In this document: positions 1-8,099 of the stretch, piece by piece
Layout of the letters: each line of letters opens with the position of its first letter
Position numbering within the stretch: the first letter of the stretch is position 1
Source of the DNA: Candidatus Stahliibacteriota bacterium
Lineage (GTDB): Bacteria; Hydrothermota; Tepidihabitantia; B3-TA06
Reading direction: 5' to 3'
NCBI GenBank assembly: GCA_004375895.1
Contig: SOJW01000057.1
Location: 11,063-75,062 of the forward strand
Length of the DNA: 64,000 bases
Translations under genes and position numbers: made by a program
The notes under the pieces: model-generated
Database searches by the model: none
Told to the model about the DNA's origin: nothing
Seen by the model: the letters and a program-made list of their open reading frames with translations, nothing else

Positions 1-2
1 GA

Positions 3-193
3 ATCGGAATCCCTGATGAAGAATTTGGTCGCCTGATTCTTCCCGGATGGGGGGGAAAAATAACCCAATACTTCGGCGATACGAAGAGATGCTCGAATGG
101 CTCGGTGGTGAGTTTGATCCTGAACGTTTTGACCCAAAGGAAGTTAAATTTGACGACCCGGCTAAACGCCTGAGAACTGCCTTTGATCTATGA
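3..193 (+). pseudogene. 3' end of an unidentified CDS entering from the left edge; the protein-like frame switches at a G7A5 homopolymer (49-60)
   Basis: Frame 3 reads IGIPDEEFGRLILPGWGG up to the G-run and then stops looking protein-like. Frame 2 after the run reads PILRRYEEMLEWLGGEFDPERFDPKEVKFDDPAKRLRTAFDL-stop (191-193). Alternatively a separate 48-aa ORF (47-193). Confidence 0.3.
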
Positions 194-212
194 GAATCTC
201 CTAGGTTTTTCC

Positions 213-608
213 TCACTCCTCTTCCGGCGCGTCGATTACTTCAACCTCTATCCCCTCCTTCCTCAAAAATCGAGTGGTAATTCCATCCTCTCCGCATGAG
301 GGGGAACGCGATTTGAAGATAGCATGTTTGGCACCGACGAGCCTTGCGATCTTTAAGGTCTCTTCGGCACCGCTTAAGAACTCCGGCGTAACGTCCCTGC
401 CCTCTTCATTGATCACAGTCGGCTTAGCCCTCCTCCATGTCAAATCGTTCTTTGGCCGCGGGGTAGGAAGTCCACCAAGCTGCTCAGGACATACAGGAAC
501 AAGACACAAGCCTTCCTTCAGGGCATTCCTTACTTCTTCCGGGATCTCACATCTTCGTGCGTCGTAGCGGCAACGCACCCCCACAAGGCAGGCAGAAACC
601 AGTATCAA
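213..608 (-). CDS. DUF523 family protein (YbbK/TudS-like)
   Basis: 131 aa with cysteine motifs SACLVGVRCRYD, PVCPEQLGGLPTPR and SPSCG, the layout typical of DUF523. Confidence 0.75.
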   Translation of the reverse strand: MILVSACLVGVRCRYDARRCEIPEEVRNALKEGLCLVPVCPEQLGGLPTPRPKNDLTWRRAKPTVINEEGRDVTPEFLSGAEETLKIARLVGAKHAIFKSRSPSCGEDGITTRFLRKEGIEVEVIDAPEEE

Positions 609-631
609 TTTCTTTGGCCCCTGGACAAGAA

Positions 632-1645
632 TCAGTCTTCTTCCTTTTCTATGTAAGGCCTGGGATTGACCGGCACACCGTTTACACGGACTTCATAGTG
701 CAGGTGTGGACCGGTGGTGCGACCGGTACTGCCCACATAGCCGATCACATCCCCGCGTTCAATCCGGTCTCCGGTTTCAACCCCATATCGTGAAAGATGG
801 GCATAGGCGGTGCTGAACTGGGTGCCGTGATCTATCACAATCATCTTCCCGCAGGCCCCTACGTAGCCCTTGAACGTAACCACTCCGTCGCCGGTGGCGA
901 ATACCGGTGTACCGATCACATTGCCGATGTCAATCCCTGAATGGAAACCACCCTTTCGCGGCCCGAAATGGGAGGTGACCTCCCCAGTGGCAGGCCACCC
1001 TACGGGATGTCCCTCAAGAATGGTAGCCTTTTTCTCCAGGAAGTCACGTAAGTCCTTGAGATTGTTGCGCTTGTTGCGTAACTGTTGGGCCAAGCTCAGC
1101 GCTTCAACGTCGATCGTGGCCTTGAGAGTATCCTGAGGAATACTTAAAAGTCCCTCAAAGTAGGATTCGGGATCAATCTCTACGCCGCCTTGACCGCCTT
1201 CAGTTCCCTGCTCTACCTCGGTGGAGCGCAGCTTCTGGGCGTCTTGCTTGGAAAGCTTGTAGCCCGCGAGGATCTTGAGATCGGTGACGAAGTTCTCCAG
1301 ACGCTCAAGCTCATCGGTTACCTCGGACAGACGTCTGGCGTGCGCTACCCGTTCGGTTTCTATCTCGTTGAGAAGGCTGTCCTTGGAGTATCCGATGGCG
1401 TCGCGTTCGGTTATAAGCGCGCGGGTGTGTGCGTGCAATTCACGATTCTCCTGCTGGATCGGGCCGGCGACGCGGCGCAGCTGGATAAGTTCGTTAGCGT
1501 AGAAAACCAGCCTCACAAAGCCCGCGGATAGCAAGGCCAGCACGGTGTAGAGAATTACGTTCATAACTTTCTTGGACACATGGATACGGCGCGGCGCCTT
1601 AGTACCCTCAGGTATAATAACAAAGGTATGATCGTGCTTAATCAT
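632..1645 (-). CDS. M23/LytM family metallopeptidase with N-terminal TM helix and coiled coil
   Basis: 337 aa. The C-terminal domain has HSGIDI and HLHYEVRVNGVPVNP (HxxxD / HxH zinc site). Confidence 0.85.
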   Translation of the reverse strand: MIKHDHTFVIIPEGTKAPRRIHVSKKVMNVILYTVLALLSAGFVRLVFYANELIQLRRVAGPIQQENRELHAHTRALITERDAIGYSKDSLLNEIETERVAHARRLSEVTDELERLENFVTDLKILAGYKLSKQDAQKLRSTEVEQGTEGGQGGVEIDPESYFEGLLSIPQDTLKATIDVEALSLAQQLRNKRNNLKDLRDFLEKKATILEGHPVGWPATGEVTSHFGPRKGGFHSGIDIGNVIGTPVFATGDGVVTFKGYVGACGKMIVIDHGTQFSTAYAHLSRYGVETGDRIERGDVIGYVGSTGRTTGPHLHYEVRVNGVPVNPRPYIEKEED

Positions 1646-3368
1646 TCTTCTTCCTCCTCTTAGGCACTATTCTTATCCCCAGCTCTTCGAGCTGGTCTTT
1701 GGCAACCTTGGCCGGCTGGCCCTCCATCAGCCCCTGGCCTGAGGTCGTCTTGGGAAAGGCTATCGTGTCGCGGATGCTATCCAGACCGGCAAAGATTGCC
1801 ACGATGCGGTCGAATCCCATGCCGATCCCGCCGTGCGGAGGAGCACCAGCATCAAGAGCCTCGAGAAAAAACTCAAACTGAGCAGGATCAATCCCGGCGA
1901 TGCGCAATAACCTCTCCTGAAGCTGGCGGTTATGGCAGCGGATCGAGCCTGAGCCGAGCTCTATCCCGTTGAGTACCACGTCAAAAAGCCTGCCGCGAAC
2001 CTTTAAGGGTTCTTGCTCCAGATACCTTAAATCCTGCGCCTGCGGCGAGGTGAATATGTGGTGCGATGGTACGATCTCGCCAGTCTCCTCGTCGCGCTCG
2101 AACAACGGGAAGTCGGTGATCCACAACGCAAACATCTTGTCCTCATTCACCAAACCCATCCTGCGACCGCAGACATCCCTCAAACGGCTCATCGCCTGGT
2201 TCACCAGCCTGGGGTCTGTGCCGGCAAGGGCAAGCTCAAGCTCCCCTTCTTTGAACTCATGTATATTCATAAACTTTGAAAGGGGACCGGAAAGTTTGCC
2301 ATCCTGTTTCCTCGCCCATACAACGCCTGGGAAGCCGAACGGCTTGACCTCTTCATCCAGCGAATCGATCTCCTTACGTGACCAGCCAGCACCGCCCTCA
2401 AGTCGCAGCGCCCGCACGATCCCGCCCTTATCCACGATCTCGGCGAATATGCGAAACTCAGATCCCTTGAAACGCTCGGTGATCGTCGTAACCTCCAGCG
2501 GATTTCGCAAATCCGGCTTGTCCGTGCCGAAGCGTTCCATAACCTCTTTATACGTCATGCGCGGGAAAGGGATCTCAAGGAACTGATGCTTGATCTCCTT
2601 AACCCATAGATGGAACAGCCCCTCCACCAGTTTTTGTATGTCTTCCTCGGTCACGAACGAGGCCTCGATATCAACCTGGGTGTGCTCGGGCTGACGGTCG
2701 GCGCGTAAGTCCTCATCCCTCAAGCACCTCGCCCACTGGAAGTACCGGTCAATGCCGGAAACCATGAGTATCTGCTTGTAGAGCTGGGGCGACTGCGGCA
2801 GGGCGTAGAATTTGCCTTTGAGGTTGCGGGAGGGCACCAGGAAGTCACGCGCCCCCTCTGGCGTTGACTTGGCAAGTATCGGTGTCTCTACCTCCCAGTA
2901 GCCGTGCTCTGCAAGATAGTTGCGGCCCAATTGCATCAGCCGGTGGCGAAGACCCATTATCTGTGACATGGATGGACGCCGCAGGTCCAGATACCGGTAG
3001 CGCAGCCGCATCTCCTCTGAAGGCAGAAGCTCCTCGCGCTCCACGCTGAATGGCAGATCCTTGGCGCGATTGAGAACGGTCAACTGATCGGCTCCGACCT
3101 CCACCGCACCTGAGGTGAGGCGTTCGTCTGCCTGACCTGGGGGGCGGGCCGTCACGGTTCCGCGTATCTCGACAACGTCCTCGGCGTGCAGGTCTCTTGC
3201 CTCCTTGATCTTCTTCGGGTCGCAGACCACCTGGATAAGGCCAGAGCGATCGCGCATGTGAATAAACACCATGCCGCCCAGGTCGCGGATACGGTGCACC
3301 CAGCCGCACAGACGCACCGGCTCGTCCACGTGCTCAAGCGTAAGCTCGCCGCAATAAGAACGTTCCAT
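1638..3368 (-). CDS. aspS: aspartate--tRNA ligase
   Basis: 576 aa with an OB-fold N-terminus and class II motifs (FRDEDLRADRQPEHTQVD, GGIGMGFDR). Overlaps the M23 gene by 8 nt. Confidence 0.95.
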   Translation of the reverse strand: MERSYCGELTLEHVDEPVRLCGWVHRIRDLGGMVFIHMRDRSGLIQVVCDPKKIKEARDLHAEDVVEIRGTVTARPPGQADERLTSGAVEVGADQLTVLNRAKDLPFSVEREELLPSEEMRLRYRYLDLRRPSMSQIMGLRHRLMQLGRNYLAEHGYWEVETPILAKSTPEGARDFLVPSRNLKGKFYALPQSPQLYKQILMVSGIDRYFQWARCLRDEDLRADRQPEHTQVDIEASFVTEEDIQKLVEGLFHLWVKEIKHQFLEIPFPRMTYKEVMERFGTDKPDLRNPLEVTTITERFKGSEFRIFAEIVDKGGIVRALRLEGGAGWSRKEIDSLDEEVKPFGFPGVVWARKQDGKLSGPLSKFMNIHEFKEGELELALAGTDPRLVNQAMSRLRDVCGRRMGLVNEDKMFALWITDFPLFERDEETGEIVPSHHIFTSPQAQDLRYLEQEPLKVRGRLFDVVLNGIELGSGSIRCHNRQLQERLLRIAGIDPAQFEFFLEALDAGAPPHGGIGMGFDRIVAIFAGLDSIRDTIAFPKTTSGQGLMEGQPAKVAKDQLEELGIRIVPKRRKKND

Positions 3369-3414
3369 TACAGGATTTTAGCGGAAATTCACCTTCCGTC
3401 AACCCGCCATCTAC

Positions 3415-3512
3415 AGCTCACGGCTGACAGCTCACTGCTGACGGCTTACGGCTCACGGCTGACAGCTCACGGCTGACGGCTCACAGCTTACGGCTCACAG
3501 CTGACAGCTCCC
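3415..3512. repeat. tandem heptamer array, 14 units of RGCTNAC
   Basis: Direct reading gives agctcac ggctgac agctcac tgctgac ggcttac ggctcac ggctgac agctcac ggctgac ggctcac agcttac ggctcac agctgac agctccc. Confidence 0.9.
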
Positions 3513-3590
3513 TGGTGGACAGTGTGCCCCTTGGGATACTAATTTTACTGTATCCCATAGGGTAGGGGGATTAAGGGGGAGGGGGATATT
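3508..3590 (-). repeat. H2 hairpin repeat copy (stem GGGATAC/GTATCCC)
   Basis: The reverse complement matches 26091-26174 and 26962-27045 apart from paired stem changes. Shared flanks are CCCTACCCTATG and CAAGGGGCACACTGTCCACC. Confidence 0.85.
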
Positions 3591-3623
3591 ATTCACAGGC
3601 TGGAGAGCCTGTGCTACATTAAT

Positions 3624-3810
3624 GTCATTGCGAGCGACCGCAAGGAGCGAAGCAATCTCATATACAAGACGCGCGTTGGTTTGAGACGACTTGGGATCAC
3701 CTTCAATTCGGATTGGTGGGTGATCATCACTTAGACGCGTGTCCTCGTGCAGTGCCCCATATGAGATCGCCGCGCAAGGCTGCGCCTTGCTCGCAATGAC
3801 GGAGTAGGTA
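3624..3810. repeat. inverted pair of ~40-bp hairpin repeats bracketing ~105 bp (MITE-like)
   Basis: The left arm 3624-3663 starts GTCATTGCGAGC and ends ATCTCATAT. The right arm 3769-3810 has the inverse termini (ATATGAGATCGC ... GCTCGCAATGAC). A related terminus pair lies at 26618-26668. Confidence 0.6.
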
Positions 3811-3880
3811 GCATTTCCCTCTCCCTCTGGGAGAGGGGTTAGGGGTGAGGGATTACCTGCCACTTGCTGGGCCGGGGGGC

Positions 3881-3908
3881 TTGACAAAAGGAGGTTCGGG
3901 GCTACTAT
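3881..3908 (+). promoter_or_regulatory. sigma70-type promoter TTGACA-16-TACTAT
   Basis: -35 at 3881-3886 and -10 at 3903-3908, upstream of the beta-propeller gene. Confidence 0.5.
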
Positions 3909-3950
3909 CTCTAATCTAAAAAGCCAGCAATGAGGAAACAAGAAGGAAGG

Positions 3951-5558
3951 ATGAATAAGTCTCACCTGATCGTTGTGTTTGCAGTCATAGCGGTTGCCTC
4001 AATCGCTTACGCCGCACCCGGCGACCTTAAGTGGCGTTACGAGACTTGGTATTGGGTGTGGGTGTACTCTTCCCCAGCGATAAGTCCTGACGGTACACTG
4101 TACTTCGGGTCGAGTGACTACTATTCAGGGAAGAGCTATCTTTACGCCTTGACCCCTGAAGGCTCACTCAAGTGGCGCTACCCGACTGGATTTTTGGTGA
4201 ACTCTTCTCCGGCTATAGGCCCTGGCGGCGTCGTGTACTTCGGGTCAGATGATTACTATCTTTACGCGTTGACCCCTGAAGGCTCGCTCAAGTGGCGCTA
4301 CCAGACAGGCAATTATGTATTCTCTTCCCCGGCGATAGGCACTGACGGTACAGTGTATTTCGGGTCAGATGACAGTTGTCTTTACGCCTTGACCCCTCAA
4401 GGCAACCTCAAGTGGAGATACCAAACTGGGGATTGGGTGTCCTCTTCCCCAGCGATAGGTTCAGACGGCACACTGTACTTCGGGTCGAGTGACTACTATT
4501 CAGGGAAGAGCTATCTTTACGCCTTGACCCCTGAAGGCTCGCTCAAGTGGCGCTACCAGACTGGGGATTATGTATACTCCCCAACGATAGGCTCAGACGG
4601 CAGTGTGTACTTCGGGTCGTATGACAGCTGTCTTTACGCGCTTACCCCTCAGGGCGCGCTCAAATGGCGATACCAGACAGGGGATCATGTGAAATCTTCC
4701 CCAACGATAGGGTCTGACGGCACTATTTACGTCGGGTCGTATGACCACTATCTTTACGCCCTAACCCCTCAAGGCGCGCTCAGGTGGCGATATAAGACGG
4801 GGGGTGATTTATACTCATCCTCAGCAATAGGCCCAGACGGCACTATTTACGTCGGATCTTTGGACGGCTGTCTTTACGCGATAGAAAGCAGTTCAATGGG
4901 GCTTGCAGCATCTCCCTGGCCAAAGTTCCACCATGACAACCGAAACACTGGCAGGTATTCGCTGGGCGTGTATGCGACGACCATCGTTGCACCGCAAGAA
5001 AGTGCAAGTGTCCACAGCATGACCCCTGCCGCCTATTTCACGAACACGAACGTCGAGCCGGCAAAAGATTTCTACTGTCACTGCGAGATATGGCCCAAGG
5101 ATTCGGATACCCTCGCTTTACTCTCACCGCCCTACCACAGTGAGTACTGGATAAGCTACGAGATCGAGCCTGGGGATTCTGTACTGGTGAAGTTCTCTCC
5201 ATGGTTATCGGACGACAGCTCCCTCTACACCGCAAAGTTTTACGCCACCGATGTTTTCTCAACTACCCGAACAATCAACTTCAACGGCAACCCCACAAGC
5301 ATAGCTGAGAATCCCCAACCTTCCCTTAGCGTGAATGTTTCGAGGCTTTCACGCGGTATCAAAGTCTCCTACACCCTTCCCGAAGGCCAAGCAGGCGTGC
5401 TGCGGGTCTACAACGTTACCGGTCAGAGGGTTGCTGAGAGAGCTGTCACTTCATCCGGCGAGGTGGAGTTAAACCAGCCGTTTCCCAAAGAGGTGTACTT
5501 CGTGAGGCTCGATGCCGGTGCTCTAACGCTCGTGCGTAAGGCCGTGGTGATAGAGTAA
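3951..5558 (+). CDS. secreted PQQ/BamB-like beta-propeller repeat protein with T9SS C-terminal sorting domain
   Basis: Seven to eight tandem blades (LYALTPEGSLKWRYQTGD..SSPAIG.DGT.YFGS). Signal peptide MNKSHLIVVFAVIAVASIAYA. The C-terminus (GVLRVYNVTGQRV ... EVYFVRLDAGALTLVRKAVVIE) matches the Por/T9SS tail pattern. Start moved from 3930 to 3951 (RBS GAAGGAAGG). Confidence 0.8.
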   Translation: MNKSHLIVVFAVIAVASIAYAAPGDLKWRYETWYWVWVYSSPAISPDGTLYFGSSDYYSGKSYLYALTPEGSLKWRYPTGFLVNSSPAIGPGGVVYFGSDDYYLYALTPEGSLKWRYQTGNYVFSSPAIGTDGTVYFGSDDSCLYALTPQGNLKWRYQTGDWVSSSPAIGSDGTLYFGSSDYYSGKSYLYALTPEGSLKWRYQTGDYVYSPTIGSDGSVYFGSYDSCLYALTPQGALKWRYQTGDHVKSSPTIGSDGTIYVGSYDHYLYALTPQGALRWRYKTGGDLYSSSAIGPDGTIYVGSLDGCLYAIESSSMGLAASPWPKFHHDNRNTGRYSLGVYATTIVAPQESASVHSMTPAAYFTNTNVEPAKDFYCHCEIWPKDSDTLALLSPPYHSEYWISYEIEPGDSVLVKFSPWLSDDSSLYTAKFYATDVFSTTRTINFNGNPTSIAENPQPSLSVNVSRLSRGIKVSYTLPEGQAGVLRVYNVTGQRVAERAVTSSGEVELNQPFPKEVYFVRLDAGALTLVRKAVVIE

Positions 5559-5650
5559 GGTCCCCAAAGGGGTGCGGAGCAACCTTTTGGGTAGCTTTTT
5601 TTCACCCCACGAATCTACTTCGTAGCTTTGCGGGGACCCCGGAACCCTGT

Positions 5651-5771
5651 CCACCTTTTGACCAGCTTTTGTCCAGCTTTTGACCAGCTTTGCCCGGTCT
5701 GGTGTCCATCTTTTGACCACCTTTTGGGTAGCTTTTGTCCAGCTTTTGTCCACCTTTTGTCCAGCTTTTTT
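5651..5771. repeat. tandem 11-bp array, 11 units of CCASCTTTTGW (phased T-tracts)
   Basis: Units read directly: ccaccttttga ccagcttttgt ccagcttttga ccagctttgcc cggtctggtgt ccatcttttga ccaccttttgg gtagcttttgt ccagcttttgt ccaccttttgt ccagctttttt. Two more units lie at 5579-5600. Confidence 0.9.
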
Positions 5772-5854
5772 TTCACCCCAGACGTATGCTTCACCCGACG
5801 GGAGTACAGGCGCATCCGTCCGGGGACCCAGGGAGAATGCAGGCCAGGAAATCC

Positions 5855-6331
5855 TCAGGATTCTTTTAAGCCCTTGATTTTTCGTAACATAGCCGTATGG
5901 TGGCTCCCCGGCCAGAACAGTTTGCCGCAACGAGGGCATCGGGAGAATTCCTGCTGGGTCTGAAAAGTGTAGAACGGAACCTTGCCCTTAACTTCAGCTT
6001 TATCAACAGCTTGCAGCACAACGTTGCATGCGATGCACCGGGTGAAAGGCTCGGCGTTCGTCAGGATTCTATACAACTCTTCAAGCTGCTTCAACTGCTC
6101 TTCAAGAATCTCACTTTCTACAAACACAAGTCTTTCATCTTCAAGGCCTTGCCTGCGGGTCAAAAGGATTCTTCCTTCAGTCTTGGCACGATCCAGGAGT
6201 TCCTCGGTCGACTTACCCTTAACGTACTCCGCATCCCAGCCAAGTATCCTGAGCCACGTGCTGAGCTTACCCAGCATGGCGTCTGCAAGGAAGCGGGGTT
6301 TTGACTTCATCGCTATGATTGTAAGTCGCAT
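5855..6331 (-). CDS. Mut7-C RNase domain (DUF82) protein
   Basis: 158 aa. N-terminal FLADAMLGKLSTWLRILGWDAEY and a C-terminal zinc ribbon (CIACNVVL ... CPRCGKLFWPGSH). Confidence 0.7.
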   Translation of the reverse strand: MRLTIIAMKSKPRFLADAMLGKLSTWLRILGWDAEYVKGKSTEELLDRAKTEGRILLTRRQGLEDERLVFVESEILEEQLKQLEELYRILTNAEPFTRCIACNVVLQAVDKAEVKGKVPFYTFQTQQEFSRCPRCGKLFWPGSHHTAMLRKIKGLKES

Positions 6332-6352
6332 AGGGAAGAGGTCAAGGTAACC

Positions 6353-6374
6353 GGGCCGACCTGAAGGTCGGCCC
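6353..6374. repeat. H1 hairpin GGGCCGACC-TGAA-GGTCGGCCC (followed by CTAC)
   Basis: Perfect 9-bp stem. Family copies at 17676-17697, 27479-27500, 27517-27561 and 30541-30562. Confidence 0.85.
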
Positions 6375-6392
6375 CTACGAACTTTATTAAAT

Positions 6393-6458
6393 CACCCTCC
6401 CCCTACTCCCTACCCTATGAGTGCACCAGGCACTCAAGGGGCGCACTGTCCCGTCAAG
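6393..6458 (+). repeat. H2 hairpin repeat copy (stem GAGTGC/GCACTC, short loop)
   Basis: CCCTACCCTATG-GAGTGC-ACCAG-GCACTC-AAGGGGCGCACTGTCC. Nearly identical to the reverse complement of 17830-17894. Confidence 0.85.
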
Positions 6459-6540
6459 ATTTAATGCTCCTTTTCGCCTACGCGAAAAGATCGCAGGGTA
6501 TGATTTTTGTACGCTTCGTGGGGGTACTATTTCTTGGATG

Positions 6541-6574
6541 GTGTGTTACGGGTTACGGGTGTTACGGGTACGGG
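6541..6574. repeat. GTTACGG/GGGTTAC heptamer run (reverse orientation of the CCCGTAAC family)
   Basis: gtgtgttacgggttacgggtgttacgggtacggg. It encodes the last residues (ARTRNTRNP) of the prfB ORF. Confidence 0.8.
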
Positions 6575-7644
6575 CTTGCCAGAGCAGGGTGGCGGTCAAA
6601 AAATCCTCGATCTCGCCGTCCAGAACCGCGTCGGTGTTGTGTTCGGAGTGGCCGGTGCGGTGATCCTTGATCATCTGGTAGGGAAAAAGCACGTATGAAC
6701 GAATCTGATGTCCCCAGGCGATCTCGGTCTTTGCCTCTTCAAGCTTTTCGCGCTCCCTGGCCTGTTTTTCCTCCTCATGCGCGTAAACACGTGCGCGCAG
6801 AATCTTCATGGCGTTTTCCTTATTCTGGTGCTGGGAACGCTCGTTCTGGCACTGCACCACGATGCCGGTGGGTATGTGGGTGATGCGAACCGCGGTTGAA
6901 AGCTTGTTGACGTTCTGCCCGCCGTGGCCTGATGCACGGAAGGTATCGATTCTGAGGTTGTCCAGATTGATTGTAACCTCAACCTCCTCCATCTCAGGCA
7001 TCACGAACACTGAGGTGAAGGACGTGTGACGGCGTTTGGCTGAATCAAAGGGAGAAATCCTGACCAGCCGGTGGATGCCTGATTCGCCCTTGAGCATCCC
7101 GTAGGCGTACTCGCCTGAGACCTCGATGGTTACGTCCTTGATGCCCGCAACGTCGTCTGGCTGCAGGTCCAATACGTTCGCTTTGTAGCCGGCACGCTCG
7201 AAGTAGCGCATATACATGCGCAACAGCATCTCTGCCCAGTCGCAGCTCTCCACCCCGCCCGCACCCGGGTGGATGGTCATGATCGCGGTTTTGGCGTCGT
7301 TTGGATCGGAGAGCACCAGGGAGACCTCAAGTTCGCGCAGATCCTTTTCGGCTCGATCCAGGGTTCCTGCCAATTCTTTTTGGGCCTGTGGGTCGTCTGC
7401 GAACATCTCCATGAGTTCGTCGGCTTCGCCTACGTCTCGTTCCAACCTCTCAACTGTGTCAAGGATTTGGTTGGCGCGTGCCAACTCAGCCATCAGTTCG
7501 CGTGCCTTGCGTTGATTGTTCCAGAAATCGGGTGCGGCCGCTTGTTCCCTCAGCCCCTCACGCTTCGCTACGAGCTCCTCTAGGTCAAAGAAACTCCTTT
7601 ATCTTTGTAAACTTCTCGGCAAGCTCGGCGATGCGTTCCTTCAT
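6546..7644 (-). CDS. prfB: peptide chain release factor 2, requires +1 programmed frameshift at 7587
   Basis: The track ORF 6546-7493 has the RF2 body (SPFDSAKRRHTSF, GGQ in SGHGGQNVNK). The zero frame starts at ATG 7644 and reads MKERIAELAEKFTKIKEFL, then TGA (7587-7585). The +1 frame continues DLEELVAKREGLREQAAAPDFWNNQRKARELMAEL. The joined product is 365 aa. Confidence 0.93.
7584..7599 (-). promoter_or_regulatory. RF2 autoregulatory frameshift site: AAGGAG-TTT-CTT-TGA-C
   Basis: An internal SD-like AAGGAG (7599-7594) lies 3 nt before the slippery CTT TGA C. This is the same architecture as E. coli AGGGGG-UAU-CUU-UGA-C. Confidence 0.85.
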
Positions 7645-7646
7645 CG

Positions 7647-7955
7647 TTACTTCTTGGCGGCTCTGGTTCTTTTGGCTTTCTTGGCCTCCGCCTTCTTGGC
7701 TGCCTTCTCGGCTTCGAGCTTTTCCTTCTCGCTGGCGGTCAGGATCTTGGTGGCCTTTGTCTCGCCGAAGCGACGGCGGTAGCGCTCCACCTGGCCCGCG
7801 CTGTCGATCATCTTAGTTTTGCCCGTGTAGAAAGGGTGGCACTGCGAACAGATATCCACCCTCATCTTCTCCCGCGTGGAGTAAGTCTTGTAGGTAAATC
7901 CGCAAGCACAGCGGATGGTTCCCTCTACATACTTTGGGTGAATCTTGTCCTTCAT
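7647..7955 (-). CDS. rpmE: 50S ribosomal protein L31 with Lys/Ala-rich C-terminal extension
   Basis: MKDKIHPKY ... CxC ... CSQCHPFYTG ... VERYRRRF, followed by a ~35-aa KA-rich tail. The stop lies 2 nt before the prfB start. Confidence 0.9.
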   Translation of the reverse strand: MKDKIHPKYVEGTIRCACGFTYKTYSTREKMRVDICSQCHPFYTGKTKMIDSAGQVERYRRRFGETKATKILTASEKEKLEAEKAAKKAEAKKAKRTRAAKK

Positions 7956-8099
7956 TCTACCAAATCTCCTTTGCTCATCTTGACCTTTGGCTCGCTATAG
8001 CACCAATTATAGTTGATTTCCTCTACTGCGTCAACCTGTTGCCTTTTTCTCTTGGCTTCTTCCACCCTCATTACCTCCCCGGGCCAACGCCAAGATTAG

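Noticed and set aside
3495-3965. 156-aa ORF spanning the aspS/beta-propeller intergenic region; likewise ORFs 14154-14462, 14222-14509, 17463-17867, 26009-26301, 5523-5939, 5628-5963 and 54113-54304
   Set aside because: They are read-throughs of hairpin and tandem repeats. The shared peptides such as NVAQALQPV, PLPEGEGN and KSWTKAGQKVDK are simply the repeat units translated. They overlap promoters and occur on both strands.
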